DNA of 64,000 bases from Eledone cirrhosa (GCA_964016885.1 OZ024742.1:246202001-246266000); one strand, 5' to 3'. Shown: positions 41,430 through 55,565, counted from the first letter of the stretch. Notes: generated by a model from the letters alone, not told the origin. Program-made: numbers and translations.

Positions 41430-41990
41430 GAAAATATACACACAAATAATATACACAATATTATTTAATTACATAAATATTTCACATGAAAATATGGAAT
41501 CAAAACAAAAGAAAATATTAATTCAACATTGAGTAATGTGTCAATCGGTCGCACATCACAAGGGGCACCGGAACCTCCCTTTAATACCTTTTGAGGCAAG
41601 CCAATATACTGACAGCGTTACCGTGGGTAATAACGAGATTAAGACACTGGAACAATGAAGCACCCTCATGATCATCACCTGACAATTCGGTAAAGCTTGA
41701 TGATAGCGAGGCTAAGACATTGTAACAACTAAATACCCTCACAAGCATCACCCGAGACCTCGGTAAAGCTTGATGATTAGCAAGGCTCAGATGCAGGAAC
41801 AACCAAGCACCCTCACGAGCATCACCTGACACATTGGTAAAGCTTGATTATAGCGAGGCTAAGATGCAGGAACAACTAAACACCCTCACGAGCATCACCT
41901 GACACCTCGGTAAAGCTTGATTATAGCGAGGCTATGATGCTGGATCAACCAAACACCATCACGAGCATCACCTGACACCTCGGTAAATAG
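41430..41990 (-). mobile_element. CRE-clade (restriction-like endonuclease) non-LTR 3' fragment with ~73-bp tandem repeats
   Basis: FQCLNLVITHGNA (FQRLS....RGNA-like C-terminus). GTAAA(GCTTGA) recurs at ~41691, 41764, 41838, 41911 and 41984. 3' UTR is shared with 55165-55320. Confidence 0.7.
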
Positions 41991-42479
41991 TTTGTCGATA
42001 ATTCTCGGTATTTAAAATTTTCAGGGTCTTTGGTAATTTGTTATGACCTGCATGGTAATTTTGACGTAGTGATTTTACAATATTTATGCTTTATTGTAGT
42101 AAACTAAACTACATAGAAATGTTTTATTCATTATACACATTTCAACACTAACATCTGATGTAGTGAAGAAATAAAGAATATAAATATTCTAATGATTAAA
42201 TTAATAAAAGCTTAGGTTCGGTGCTTAGACTATGACAAATCTATACTTAGAAAAGAGGTATAAGTCGAAACAATTCGCCGCTCATAAAATAAAACCATAT
42301 TGTTTTCTTTTATTCACAGTTGTATAAATAACATTACAAATATGTTTTTAAATTATACATAAATAACATTACAAATCACATTATAAATGCGTAAATAACT
42401 TTATAAACCTCTCGCAATTCGTTCAGAAGAACATTACAAATATAATGTCGTTGGTAAACACAAATATAAACGCATAAAT

Positions 42480-42750
42480 GAGCGAGAATGAGGGGGGGGG
42501 GGCAAAAACGACCATCAATTCACCACCAAGTGCGACAATAGCCCGCACACCACATCATAAGGGTTAACTAAACACTTTGAAGCAAGCCAATACGCTCACA
42601 GCATTGCCACAGGTGATGACGAAGCTAAGACGTTGAAACAACCAGACACCCTCACCGGCATCACTTGACACCTCGGCCAGAAGAGCCGCCAGCGATGATA
42701 AGAACTTCGCTGTCAATGGCCCAACTACACGAAACATCTCGAACGTCACA
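42480..42750 (-). mobile_element. CRE-clade non-LTR 3' fragment
   Basis: ORF 42564..42749 contains LFQRLSFVITCGNAVSVL. Confidence 0.7.
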
Positions 42751-43609
42751 CCAAAAAATTAGAATACTCACCAAACCTCCAATTTTACATTTTAAAGTCG
42801 GCTGATGTAAGTTATTGGAATTGAAAAGTTATACATACAGGTATTAAATAAAAAAAATCTAACCGTTCTCATTTTGCGTCCACTTTCCACACTGGCATGT
42901 GTTGGACAGGTTGTCACCATCTGAGAACAGACATATTAGAGCAATCTCATCTTGCTCATACATTACAAATTTGGCACAGTTTCTCTGGCTTGATGTCCTT
43001 CGTAACATAACCAGAGTGTTTACTGGGTACATTGTTTTTGCGATACTTAAAGTCTAAAGTCTGTCTTAAGCCAGAAGGCTTGTTAGGCTGATACCTATCC
43101 TGGTTTCATGGCGTGAAGCAACTGAGAGTACAAGATTCTCCCCTAGACAGGACGCCTGTCCATTGAAGGGTTAAACTCCCAGCTATTGCTGGTACTCATT
43201 TTCACCTGAGTATACTGGAGCAACGTGAAATGAAGTGTTTTGTTCAAGAACACAACACACAACCCAGCCCAAGAATCGAACCCACGATATTATGATCCTA
43301 AGTCCAACACCTTTACCACTAGGCCAAGCTCCTCTACAGTGCATACACAACTCATCCGTAGAAATCTAGCCAGAAACAGTCCTATATGAGCAAGACACGG
43401 TCACCTGACCCAACTTGCCTCTAATGGGACAACCCGTCAACGCATGCCAGCGTAGGAAATGGATGTTAAACAATGATGATGATGATATATATATATATAT
43501 ATATTTGTGTGTGTGTAACTCTTAATTTATACACAGACATACACAAAATACATGTCCTATTTCAGTCATGTTGCTACCATAACCAGTTGACTTTCCAATC
43601 ATTTAATCC

Positions 43610-43884
43610 TATGTCATTTGTATATATATGCTGAACCTTTATGGAATTTTATCATAGAAATAAATCAGCAAAATATTATTCTTATCTTTAATCACTTCTA
43701 CATGTTCATAATCAACATAAACTATAGGGTTTCTTTTATGCAAAACAATTTATCAAAACACAAATTTCCCAGTTTGTTAATATATCCACAAATCCTGATA
43801 TATATGGCAATTTAATCTTGGACTTCAAAAATGAAATACATTCAATAGTATTGCCATCATTATTGACAGCAGGGGCCCATTAGT
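43610..43884 (+). mobile_element. Dispersed AT-rich repeat, possibly a Helitron-like 3' end (second copy ~62612-62881)
   Basis: Two similar ~270-bp copies that both end in a GC-rich motif followed by (C/T)TAGT. Confidence 0.4.
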
Positions 43885-43910
43885 GTGTATGTGTGTGTGT
43901 GTGTGTATAT

Positions 43911-45360
43911 ATATAAGTTAAAACAATGAAATAAAAATTCAAGTCATACCTCACTGCTTTACAATCGTTTCTAGGTGATAATAATACATCGTATGCATAT
44001 TTCGTTATTGATCTATGTAGGGTTAGTTACAAAATATCAAATAAGGAATATATTTACCTACATGTATATCATCACCCGTTGTCAAAAGCAATGAAAATTT
44101 TATTCAAAATCAATAGTAAATTGAGTTCTATGACCTTATTTGGAGGTAGCTGAAGAACAAACCAATCAAATGGTTTTTTGCCATATGATGTTAAGATGAA
44201 ATATAACTCACTTTAGTTGAGGTCATGACCTTTTGAAAGGAATGGTTGAATGATGTTAAAAATAGAATTACTATAAAGAACCTATGAATAAAAAGGAATT
44301 GTTATATTGATAGTGGAATGAAGATGGTGGAGTGAAGTTTATTTATTTTTTACTATTTTATATATATTTTTTTTATGATGCATCATACGCTATATTATAC
44401 TATATACAATGTACCATACTGTACTATATTATATTACATTATATCCCGCCGAGGTTGACTTTGCCTTTCATCCTTACGGGGTCGATAAAATAAAGTACCA
44501 GTAATGCACTGGATTATTGCTGGCCTTGTGCCTAAAGTAGAAACAATTATATTATATTATTATATAAGGGCGGTGGATTGGCAGTATCGGTAGAGGGTCG
44601 GACACCATGCTTTGAAGCATAGAGTTACGTCCCTTTATGATCTGAGTTCAAATCCCGCCGAGGTTAACTTTGCCTTTCATCCTTATGGGGTCGATAAAAT
44701 AAAGTACCAGTAATGTACTGGGTAATTGCTGGCCTTGTGCCTAAAATAGAAACAATTATTATATTTTATTATCTTATTATAATTTTCATCTTTTAATATA
44801 CTAACTATCCTTTCTAGTTATGACCATTACTTTACCTATCTATATTTATCCTAGTTATTTCCGTATATTTTATATTTACTTATTTGTATTCACCTAAAAC
44901 CCCATACAACACAACTCAACATATAATATTTACATTCCTTTTTAAACTTCACTCCACCATCTTCATTCCACTATCAATATAACAATTCCTTTTTATTCAT
45001 ACGTTCTTTATAGTAATTCTATTTTTAACACCATTCAACCATTCCTTTCAAAGGGTCATGACCTCAACTAAAGTGAGTTATATTTCATCTTAACATCATA
45101 TGGCAAAAAACCATTTGATTGGTTTGTTCTTCAACTACCTCCAAAAAAGGTAATAGAACTCAATTTACTATTGCTTTTGACAACGGCTGATGATATACAT
45201 GTAGGTAAATATATTCCTTATTTCATATTTTGTAACTAATGCTACATAGATCGATAACGAAATATGCGTACAATGTATTATTATCACCTAGAAACGATCG
45301 TAAAGCAGTGAAGTATGTTTCTAATGACTTGAATTTTTATTTCATTGTTTTAACTTATAT
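43911..45360. repeat. Long inverted repeat, arms ~43911-44340 and ~44944-45360, spacer containing two SINE copies; possible foldback or non-autonomous DNA element
   Basis: Arms are reverse complements over ~420 bp with scattered mismatches and two indels, e.g. aagttaaaacaatgaaataaaaattcaagtcat / atgacttgaatttttatttcattgttttaactt. TA-rich boundaries. Confidence 0.9.
44445..44760 (+). mobile_element. Two tandem SINE family A copies in the spacer of the long inverted repeat
   Basis: Same truncated-plus-full arrangement as 605-925. Confidence 0.88.
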
Positions 45361-45489
45361 CATGACTCTGTTTTCCTTTTGATGTTTTATTGTTTTCCGG
45401 GATTTATTTTAACCTACAACATTTTCAACATATGGATTACATTGAGTTCTTCATGCAGACTAGACCCCACAACTAACCGTGGTTATTTC

Positions 45490-45531
<42 letters not shown>

Positions 45532-45569
45532 CATATATATATATTTATATATGTTTTCTCCCTTTCAAT

Positions 45570-46220
45570 GATTTTCTTGGCTTTTTTGGGGAACTGAGTC
45601 TGGAAGAGGAGTTTTGACCATGATCTTTGCAATTTGAATTGTTCCAGGTCAGCTCTTGCATGAAAGACATGTGCAGGAAAAGAATTCCAGAAGGATGACA
45701 TTCTGGGGAGGAAGGACTAAACATAGTGGTTAGTGCGGAGCCTGGAAGTTTGGTAATAATATAGAAAATGAAAGGAGAGATGAGTGAGGCAGGAATGTTT
45801 GAGTGAAAGTTGCATGAAGTCAGCCAGATCTAAGAAGCAGAGGGACGACATTCTAGGGAGAAAGGACTGGACATAGTGATCGGTGTGGGGCTTGGAAGGT
45901 TGGACACAACAGATGAGATGAGGAGAAACGAGTGAGGCAAGAATGTTTGAGTGAAAGTTGCATGAGGTGAGCCAGATCTAAGAAGCAGAAATAATTGTAG
46001 TACTGGTAGAAGAGAGGAGACAGGGCATCTGTGGATCAGAAACTGGAGGGTGTCAGTCAGTGACTATGCCAGTCAGATGAGTGACCTTTTTCTGGGTCTA
46101 GAATGTTTGTTTGTGTGACAGCAACACCATCCCAGATGTGAGAACACTACTGCATTGCTGGTTGTACCTGACATTTGTGAAGGATCAGAACTTGTTAAGG
46201 GCTGAAGAAAAGAACCAGTC
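45570..46220 (-). mobile_element. CR1/Jockey-like LINE 3' fragment with an internal ~150-bp tandem duplication
   Basis: Reverse strand gives CSHIWDG. Appears to be the same family as 9660-10080. 45700-45845 is repeated at 45845-45990. Confidence 0.55.
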
Positions 46221-46324
46221 TTTTAAATACAGTTGTATCTCTCTTGTGGTTGGCTTTCAATAAATTCTGGTTGTATTTACATTTAAGTTAAGGCAATTGA
46301 CAGTCTTAGTTACACACACACATG

Positions 46325-46375
<51 letters not shown>

Positions 46376-47479
46376 GCATGTGTATACAGGTTTGATCTAA
46401 ATGGTTCTTGTGTTTAATAAATACTGAACATGACTCTATCAAATTGTATGGATATTTAATACTTTATGTATTTATATTACCTACTTCAGAAGCCATTCAT
46501 GCAGGAAAAGAAAGTGAATAAGACTAATTTTCAGCACTTACATAGTGACATATTATTTATTTAATATCTTGCATACTACATTTTAGATTGTTCATTAAAC
46601 TGTGAAAAAGCCAGTGATATTGGCAGGAAATTGAACAAAGATTAGCAATCCTTCACTGCTCTATTGACATCGATTAATCTTATTGATCAAATCTTTTTAT
46701 CAACAATACAATCATTGCCCTTGAGTGGTGGTGATGTTTGAGATAGTTAAGTGCCAGCTATGCTTTAAGTTTGGGCTTTAAAACATAAAAGAGGCCAGTT
46801 CACTCTTAAAAGTATAAATTGTTAGATGTAAAATATTTAATAACTCCAATAAATTATATTTTCAATAATTATTAAATGAATTATTTAAAAAATATATCTT
46901 CCAAATGCTAATGGGGATAAAATGTATCCTTGTATCTTTTTTTTTTCTTAATCCTTACGATTACACAAATTTTGAAATTGTAACTTCCGTTGCATAAAAC
47001 ATATATTCCTCTCATTAATATGGGAGTAATTTATTTTCTTTGTACCTTACTTTAGGTAAATTAAATCTGATTGGAGTAATGGTTCTTCAAGAATTAAAAT
47101 CATCCAAAAGCTACCTCAATTCTAAGAGGAAAATCTTTTCATCTTGCTTTAACTTCAGAAAATATTTGCTTTCTTATTGGAAGCAATGCCACCCAGAGCA
47201 CCAGCCAAATGAGCAGACTCCCAGCAAACATTTCACATACAGGCACACTCTTTTTCATCAATAAAATCTATACTTCTATATACAAGGTTTGTTGAGTATC
47301 TGACTTTATTTTCACCAATGAGAAGTAATGATGTTAGGGAGACAAACATGTGCAGAGTGGAGCCACATATATTCATGCATGTGCATAGTTTTTGGCAAAC
47401 TTGCTGGATGTGTCTGTTGCTATCAGGCAGTCTACTACTTATTATTATTATCATCATCATTGCATTTTCATTTCACTCG

Positions 47480-48182
47480 ATACTGCCAACAAAGATCCTG
47501 AGTTCCCAAATATCGTGATACCTGGAGATGAAACATGGGTGGAAAGGTATGATCCAGAAACCAAAGCTCAGTCATCACAGTGGAAGCATTCAACGTTGTT
47601 AAGTCACCCAAAAGCATGTAAATGCAGAGCAAAATCAAGGTTATGCCGGCCGTTTTCTTCAACTACTTAGGGGTGGTGCATCACAAATACAAACCAGAAG
47701 AGCAAACAGTTACAAAGGAGTACTATCAGGAAGTCTTCTGATATTATTGTGATGCAGTTTGCTGCAAGAGAGCTGATATGTGGGTCTTGCAAAACTTGCA
47801 GCTGCATCATGACAATACCATGGCCCATTTGTCACAACTGATCCAAAGTTTCTTGGCTTAGAAAGACAGTTTGCTCATTTGCCAGAATCCCTATTTTCCT
47901 GACATGGCTTCTTCTGACATCTGAATGTTATCCAAAATGCAGATGTCATTGAGAGGCTCTTGCTTTGAGAGCAGTGCGGACATGCAGGCTGTGGCAGTGG
48001 AGCTGAGAGCCATTCAGGAAGAAACATTTCAAACATGCTTTGAACAGTGGAAGGAACACTGAGCTAAGTGTGTGGAGGTACAGTTGGGCATAGTTCAAAG
48101 GGTATTAGCAATTGAATCTCATCAAGTACATAAGTTATCTTTTTCCAGCCTCAATTTGGATACTTTTTCAACAGACCTTGTG
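47480..48182 (+). mobile_element. Decayed mariner (Tc1/mariner) transposase fragment
   Basis: Motifs GDETWVERYDPETKAQSSQW, LHHDN and PYFPDMA (YSPDLAP-like), interrupted by frameshifts and stops. 5' truncated. Confidence 0.9.
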
Positions 48183-48319
48183 TATATAAACAGGTACTCG
48201 TACTTCAATTTCAAACCAATAACATTACTATAACTAAGACAACCATATACATACCACTAAATTGACTGAAGCAATCATGATTTGTCATTGGATGAAGATA
48301 TGTATGTATATATATCTAG

Positions 48320-48450
48320 TGTCAAGTGTTTGGGGGGTTTGTTGATCTGGAGAAAGATTTTGATAGGGTTCCATATGAAGTAGTGATATGGACATTGAGA
48401 ATTAGGAGTAGAGGAACGATTAGTTAGAGTAGTGATGACAATGTATCGAA
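48320..48450 (+). mobile_element. Short RTE RT fragment
   Basis: FVDLEKDFDRVP; nucleotide similarity to 12400-12515. Confidence 0.7.
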
Positions 48451-49158
48451 TAAACATATAAAACTCAGTGTAGTTGTTCAACAGGCTAAACAGTGCAGTG
48501 AATCTCTATCAATTTACACCCTTAAAAAACAAAAGTCTATCCCTAGTCTGGTGCTTATCCTGGCTTCATTGGTGTTAAGTGACTAAGTACAAAACTCCTC
48601 ACTGGACAGGATGCCAGTCCATTCTGAGTTAACCCCCAACTACTGCAAGTGCTTATTTTTAGCTGAGTGGACTGGAACAATGCCAAATGAAATGTTTTGC
48701 TCAAAAATACAATGTAGCACATGATTCAAGTATTGAACCCACATTATCATTGTAAGCCCAACATCTTAACCACCAGGCCACATGCCTTTACAAACCACAC
48801 CCTGTCTTCTTGAAAAAGATACATTGGATAATGCAGTCCTTGATTTCTTACATATAGGGAAAAAGATAGGATGAGCATGGTTGAAATGCTTTTGATGATA
48901 AATCTGCTCTATCAGGTTTGACCTGATGTTAAACAAAAACTGCTTCTATATAGTCCTTTATATTCACTATTACCCATCCTATACACACAACTCATACTGT
49001 CCTCTAGATTCACTATCATACAGCATCATACATCTTACAGACACCTCCATATAGTCTTTTAGATTCACTACTATACATCTTACTGACACCTTCATTTATA
49101 GTTCTTTATATGATTACCATTATCACATCTTATACACATTTTATAAATGACTCTATAT

Positions 49159-49436
49159 CAGGCATGGCCAACCTTTTTCAAGAAGTGGCCCGCATGAGAT
49201 ATGGCTCATCATCAGGAGGGCCGCAAGCACTAATTTACACTTGTGCCCACATTAAAAAAAGGTTGTTTTGATTTGTTTCTTCAGAATTCGGACACATTGT
49301 TTTCCTTGAACATAAAAATGATAGAAAGATAAATTACGACTGAAAAATTTGGGTAAAAAAAATCAGAATGATTTCACTTAGATGACCTAGGCGAGCCATT
49401 CAGAAAGCTTCGTGGGCCACAGGTTGCCCATGACTG
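49159..49436. mobile_element. hAT-type MITE
   Basis: TIRs CAGGCATGGCCAACC / GGTTGCCCATGACTG. 8-bp TSD ctctatat / ctcaatat (7/8). Confidence 0.8.
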
Positions 49437-49894
49437 CTCAATATTCACTATCCATGTTTCAGTGATACACAACATTGTATATCTTCAATCAATCAAGTTC
49501 TTGTAAATAGTACAGCCAGACACGGGGGTGCAACACAAGATGTTTGACTGTGTGTCAATTATGGCATTTCAATGGGCCTTAGAAGTGCTTGGCAGTGTCC
49601 AGTCCCTCATTAAGTTTAACCTGCCAGCAGAAGCAGTTACTGTGGTGTGGCCGAATAATGTTCCGGAGCCAGAAGTTAGAGTCAGGCGAAAACCAGTGTA
49701 CCTAAGTATACCACATCTGAACATCCCAGTTTAAATCCTGGAAAACAGTATATCTAGTTTCTTCAAATCACTTCACTCTATTTTCAAAGGAACATTAGAT
49801 AACGCTATGTTCAATATTGAAATAAGGTTTCTTTAAATCATTTCATTCTACTTTCAAAGAGACAGTAGGTGATAGTATATTCACTTTTGAAATA

Positions 49895-50105
49895 ATGATT
49901 TCTACTATAGGCACAAGGCCAACAATTTTGGGGGAGGGTAAAGTCGATTAAATCAACCCCAGTGCATGGCTGGTACTTTATTTTATTGACTTTGTAAGGA
50001 TGAAAGGCAAAGCTAACCTCGGCAGGATTTGAACTCAGACCGTAAAGGGCCGTAACTCTATGCTGCAGAGCATGGTGTTCGATGCTCTACCGATTCTGCC
50101 AATCT
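49895..50105 (-). mobile_element. SINE family A
   Basis: Reverse-strand core and B-box. Confidence 0.85.
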
Positions 50106-50497
50106 ATGGAAATAATGGTTCTTTGTATATCTAACATACAACCAATTTGGCAGCCAGATGATTTAGTCAATTGTCAGTTGAACTAGTCGCTTGATTAGTT
50201 AGTAGCCTTGTCATTTAACTGGTACACTTATCAATTATCTGTTGGACTGGTCAATTCTAGATTAGTTGGTTGTTCAGTTGACTGATTTATTGGAGAGAAT
50301 AAATAAAAAGTGAAGGTATGGAGGCAGTAATTGAGAAGGTAGTGATATTTAAGATGAGCCATTCTAAGCTTACTCTTATTTTCTTTGTTCCATAATTAAG
50401 TGGCAGTTGGTGCAGGAATGTTACCATGCCTTGTTCATGCCATAGCATGTCACTAGTAATGGTATCTTTTACTATATCTAGGTAACCACTATGAAAA

Positions 50498-50583
50498 TCA
50501 CTACTACTACTACTTCTACAACCAGCACTACTACTACTGCTACAACCATTACTACTACTACTACAACCACCACCACTACTACA

Positions 50584-50632
<49 letters not shown>

Positions 50633-50826
50633 TTGCTGCTTCACTAGTCACAACCACAAATCACACAATCCAGATGGCATTCCACCTCCATGCAACCAAT
50701 GCCACAGTCACTACCACAGCTATCATCATTACACCCATCACTAAACTATGAAATAATCACAGCCACTACTACTACTACCACTACCAAACCACACCACACC
50801 AACAACTACACAGCCACAATCACTAC
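50498..50826. repeat. (ACT/ACC/ACA)n trinucleotide microsatellite
   Basis: Seen directly; explains the poly-Thr ORF 50491..50751. Confidence 0.9.
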
Positions 50827-52689
50827 ATAAAATAATAATAATGAAATTATTATGTACAGTGCTCAGGTGTACTACAACTCATCAAAGGTGCATGTATAGT
50901 TCATAGAATAATGTACAAATGTCAGGAAAGTGAACAGTGTATGAATTATGATATACATGTGTGTGTGTGTCATTTTGGCTGTTATTTCTGACATTTTGCG
51001 CAACACATTTTCTGGGATCTTCTAACTGTGAATAAGTTGTTTCCCTTGAAACAATTTCAAAAAGGCTATGCGAGACAACCAATGATAATTTCATTTTTGC
51101 TCTTCTCTCACCAACTTCGAACCAGCAGAACAACAAGAAGAACTGAGAATCCTTCTTACAGTCATCTTCCTGTGCGAAATTTCCACCATTCTCTTCGAAG
51201 ATCGGGAATTTCACGTTTTTCAACAGTACAGAAACAACCTGCTGTCAAATTCTTTTTGGACATACACTTTTCCTAGTTTCCCTGCTGCAATTGTGCAACA
51301 TTCCTGTGAACACTGTTTGAACATTATTATTTTTCAATAATTTGTTCCTATCACATTTTTGCATGCTTATTTTGTACCTTGCTCCTTTTGCTATTTGCTT
51401 GCTCATGTTTTTTTTATTCATTTATTCTCTTGTACCTTTTGTTTTGCTCCTCATCTCTTACGGGTTCTCGCTACAATGATCTTCGATTGGTTATTCGACT
51501 TCTCGTCTGAGAGGAGAGTCTTGTAGCGCTCTCTAGACAAGGGAAGTAGCTAGAGTTACTTCCCGTTGAAATTCTAGAACATTCCTTGTAACTTCCGGTC
51601 AAGGGATTATAAAAGAGGGAACTCGAATCTATCTCTCTCTGGCGGTTTTTTCCAAACTGATTACACCAAGCGCAAGCATGCTAACCTTTTTCTAACCAAC
51701 TCTCATGGTTCAGGATTGTACCTCGTTGTAACACGAGGATATTTGTTTACCACATTTGTAACATGGACTACATTAAAACACAAGTTAATTTTGATATTCA
51801 TTTGAGAAATTTGTCACTTCTTCAATCATTATTTTTGTAGTGAGAGATAATTCTCACACGGCATGGTGTTGTATAAAAACTCTCCTATCTCATGTTTCTA
51901 TTAAATTTAGTAGTTGGGATCCGGTGGTACTTACTAGAGTAAGTAACCCTGGGACTAGCTCACTAAACGTATATACACATCCATGCATATAGAAATGATG
52001 CATATTTCGCCTTGGGTGTATAAAATATGACAGTAAAATGAAAATGAATGAAACGTTAGTTATATTGGAGCCTTAAATAATATTCTTTCTTTTCTGGGAC
52101 GCTTATGCGATCTCCTCGCATTGAGCAAATTTATTGGTAAGGAGCAATTGACTACAAATGGTCTGATGTGACGGTATTGAAAAAAATCCACAAATAAATA
52201 CGTGTATTATCCCAAAATGAAAAACCAAGTTTTGCATCAACGTGGTGATTTCAAAGTTTATTTATTTAGACATGGTGGTGGTGGGGATACGGAAATAAAG
52301 AGAAGGTTGACGAATGATGTCAGATTGACGTCACATTCTTCTACTTTCACTTCTGACAGCCAATTTCAGTTTATCGATTAAAAAAAATTATAAGACGGAG
52401 ATGGTAATCTTTCGTTTGGTTGTATCACGAAAGTGAAAGAAAAAATATCGAAACATGATTAACAAGAAAATGGAACTGGGAAGTACCCGAGTGATTTATT
52501 GGTAATTGTTTAAAATATTTAAAGAAAATGATTATATTGGATATCAACGAAAGTAAGATGAAATTTCGTCGGAAAATAATGTTTAATCTGGCCAACAATA
52601 GTTTTAATGCTTGGCAACACGTTGAATTATGATAGACAGGAAAGTGTAAGCACTTTGATTTGAGATAGATACAAGAACATATCTATTGT

Positions 52690-52815
52690 TGTGTTGTTCC
52701 AGTGGCCCTCGAGCCGACTGGTTTAACCAGAAGTGATGGGAAGAGACCAGATGATCTTACCTTTTGTCCTTGGGTGAGAGGTAGGTGTCTCATCTGGGAC
52801 GTCACAGTCAGTGAT
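52690..52815 (+). mobile_element. CRE-clade restriction-like endonuclease domain fragment
   Basis: [37 protein letters not shown], which carries the RPD...WDVT motif. Confidence 0.75.
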
Positions 52816-53189
52816 CTTCTGTTATGACTGATCATGAGGCTGCACCTAGAAAGTTCCTCTTCAGGACTCGAACCTGTGTAAAGTGTTTTTATGGAAGACC
52901 AGCAGTCACCCATGTATGTTAGTCCCCACACTCTTCATGCCATTGATGTTGTCCAAGGAAAAGGCAAAGATCAATATAGCTTGGCACTAGTAACGTCGCA
53001 ACTCATTCTTTTCCAGCTGGAGCAACGTAAAGTAAAGTGTCTTGCTCAAGGACACAACGTAAAATAAGGTGTCTTGCTCAAGGACATAACGCACTGCCTA
53101 GCCCAGAAATAGAACTCAAGACCTTAACCACAAAGTCATGCATCTTCATAAAATAGAGAACGCGTTACGTGTCATTTCTTGCATTATTA

Positions 53190-53630
53190 AGAGTCGGACA
53201 CCATGCTTTGCAGCATAGAGTTACGGTCTGAGATAAAATAAAGCACCAGTAATGTACTGGGGCCAATTTAATCACTTTCCCTTCCTCCCAAATTACTGGC
53301 CTTGTACCTATACTAGAAATCTTTACTATCTGAGTTCAAATCCCGCCGAGGTTAACTTTGCCTTTCATCCTTACGGGGTCGATAAAATAAAGTACCAGTA
53401 ATGTACTGGAATAATTGCTGGCTTTGTGCCAAAAGTAGAAACAATTATTAAGACAATATCGACAGAACATCAGACACCATGCTTTGCAGCATAGAGTTAT
53501 GGCCATTTACGTTCTGAGTTCAAATCACACCGAGGTTAGCTTTGCCTTTCATCCTTACGGGGTCGATTTAATCTACTTTTCCCCTCCCCCCAAATTGCTG
53601 GCCTTGTGCCTATAGTAGAAATCATTATTA
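53190..53630 (+). mobile_element. Cluster of three SINE family A copies
   Basis: Repeated core and ggccttgtgcc tail. Confidence 0.85.
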
Positions 53631-55164
53631 AGAAAGTTGTGAAGAAACAAAGGCAGGGAGGGACATTAAACGATAGTTATATGCCTCAATAACGATCACG
53701 TTGGTTCTTATGTGGTATTTAAATTCGTTGATTTCGACGTCTACTCCGTTTCCAAATATCTGTATAGGATTGTTGATAAAATACACAGCACACATATATC
53801 TGAAATTTCTCTACCAGCTAACTATTGCTTCAGTACTGGCTTGCTCCAGAACAACAGTTTGTCTGCAGTCAATTGCTGCCCATCATAAAAGCTCTACAAG
53901 GTGATGAAGTGGAATATTTGACACAGAGATAACAAACAAACGAAAAGAAAAAAAAAATCTTGTCCATTTCTTCAATATAAAGAAAAAAAAATCCAAATAA
54001 ACTTCCAATTTCAAAGAAAAAATAACTCAGTTTCATTTTAAGTAATTCCAATTATATGGCCAATTCACTAAATACGGTTATAGCGGAATTTCTTTCACTT
54101 CCATGACACTCAAAACGAAGTATTCGATATCGACACCAGATCGATGGGACTACCCAGGGGATCGATTGAACTCTTGAGGCCAAACCTGACATTTGTAAAA
54201 GAAATGAAAATATACAATAAAATACAACTAGCTTATACAGGTCTCTGATTTGTATATTTTCTTTTCTTTTAACTTGTAACACCCGGTGGGGTGTGACATA
54301 CAGCATTTCTTCGATATTTTTAAAACCTGGCGGAACCCATCTCCTCTCCAGGTCTGAACACAGCCGATTTCTTCCAGAGAAAGAGAGAAGTGAGAAAGAG
54401 ATATAGGGAAAGAATCGATCCCAGTACTAAACTGGTACTTTTTTGGTATTATTATAGAACACCCCCATTAATTTCAGTGGGAAATAATTATTTTTCGTCG
54501 ATTTAAAAAAAAGAATTTTTTTTGTGAGTATGTGTGTATGCGTGGTTTTGTGTGTATTTTCAACTAAACTTATCTTCGAACATGCTGAAAAGGACCTTTT
54601 CTCTGGAAAACGGAAGAAGCGAGAGAGGGTGGGGAGATCCTGTGACTTTTCATCACCCCTCCCTTGGGGTTAGGGGGTAAAGAAAACTTCAGGAAGGGGA
54701 CAGGTTCGAGGGTTCCCCCTCCGTTTTCGGAGGAATAGTCCTTGGCGGTATGTACGGAAGTACGATTACCATACGAAAAAAACGAGAGAAAAAGGTAAAG
54801 TCCGGAGACTTACCCTTTTTTTTTATCAATCTCGAAAGGACGAAAAGCAAAGTTGACCAAGACGGGATTGGAACTCGGAGCGCAGAGCCAGAAAGAATAT
54901 TCCAAAGCATTCTATCTGAAGTGCTAATGACTGTCAATCGGCGGACTCTGATTTGTGTATTAGTAATCTTTATTCATTCTATAATCTGTTTACTGGTCTA
55001 TGTATTTACTTGTATAGATTTGTACATGCCTGGGGTTGATAAGGAGTTAGTGATTCAACGAAGGGGTCGACGGCATAAGCAGCTTAGTTACTCCCACTTC
55101 AAACAAAAAATTAACGGTAAATATTTACAAAGTGAAAGAAGCAAGCTAGAATAAAGATGTATAA

Positions 55165-55565
55165 ATGACATTACAAATGAAATATACAAATAATATATAC
55201 AATACTTAATTACAAATATTTCACATAAAAATATAAAATCAAAACAAAAGAATATTAATTCAACACTGAGTAATGCGTGTCAACCGGTCACACATCATAA
55301 GGGGTGCTGGAGTTCCTCTCTAATACTTCTTGAAGCAAGGCAACACACTAGTAGCATTACCGTAGGTGGTAGCGTGACTAAGACACCGGAACAATCAAGC
55401 ACCCCCACAGGCACCATCTGCCACCTCTGTAAGGCTGGGAGATGGCGAGGCTAAGGTGCTGGAACAACCAAGCACTCACGGACATCACCCGATACTAACC
55501 CTAACCTGATAACAAGAACTGTGTTGTCAGCGGTCCAGGTCCCCTAAATGTCTCGAACGCCACTG
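55165..55565 (-). mobile_element. CRE-clade non-LTR 3' fragment
   Basis: Nucleotide similarity to 41430-41830, including a partial duplication of the same ~73-bp unit. Confidence 0.65.

Noticed and set aside
50491-50751. Poly-Thr mucin-like ORF
   Set aside because: It is a trinucleotide microsatellite with no exon context.
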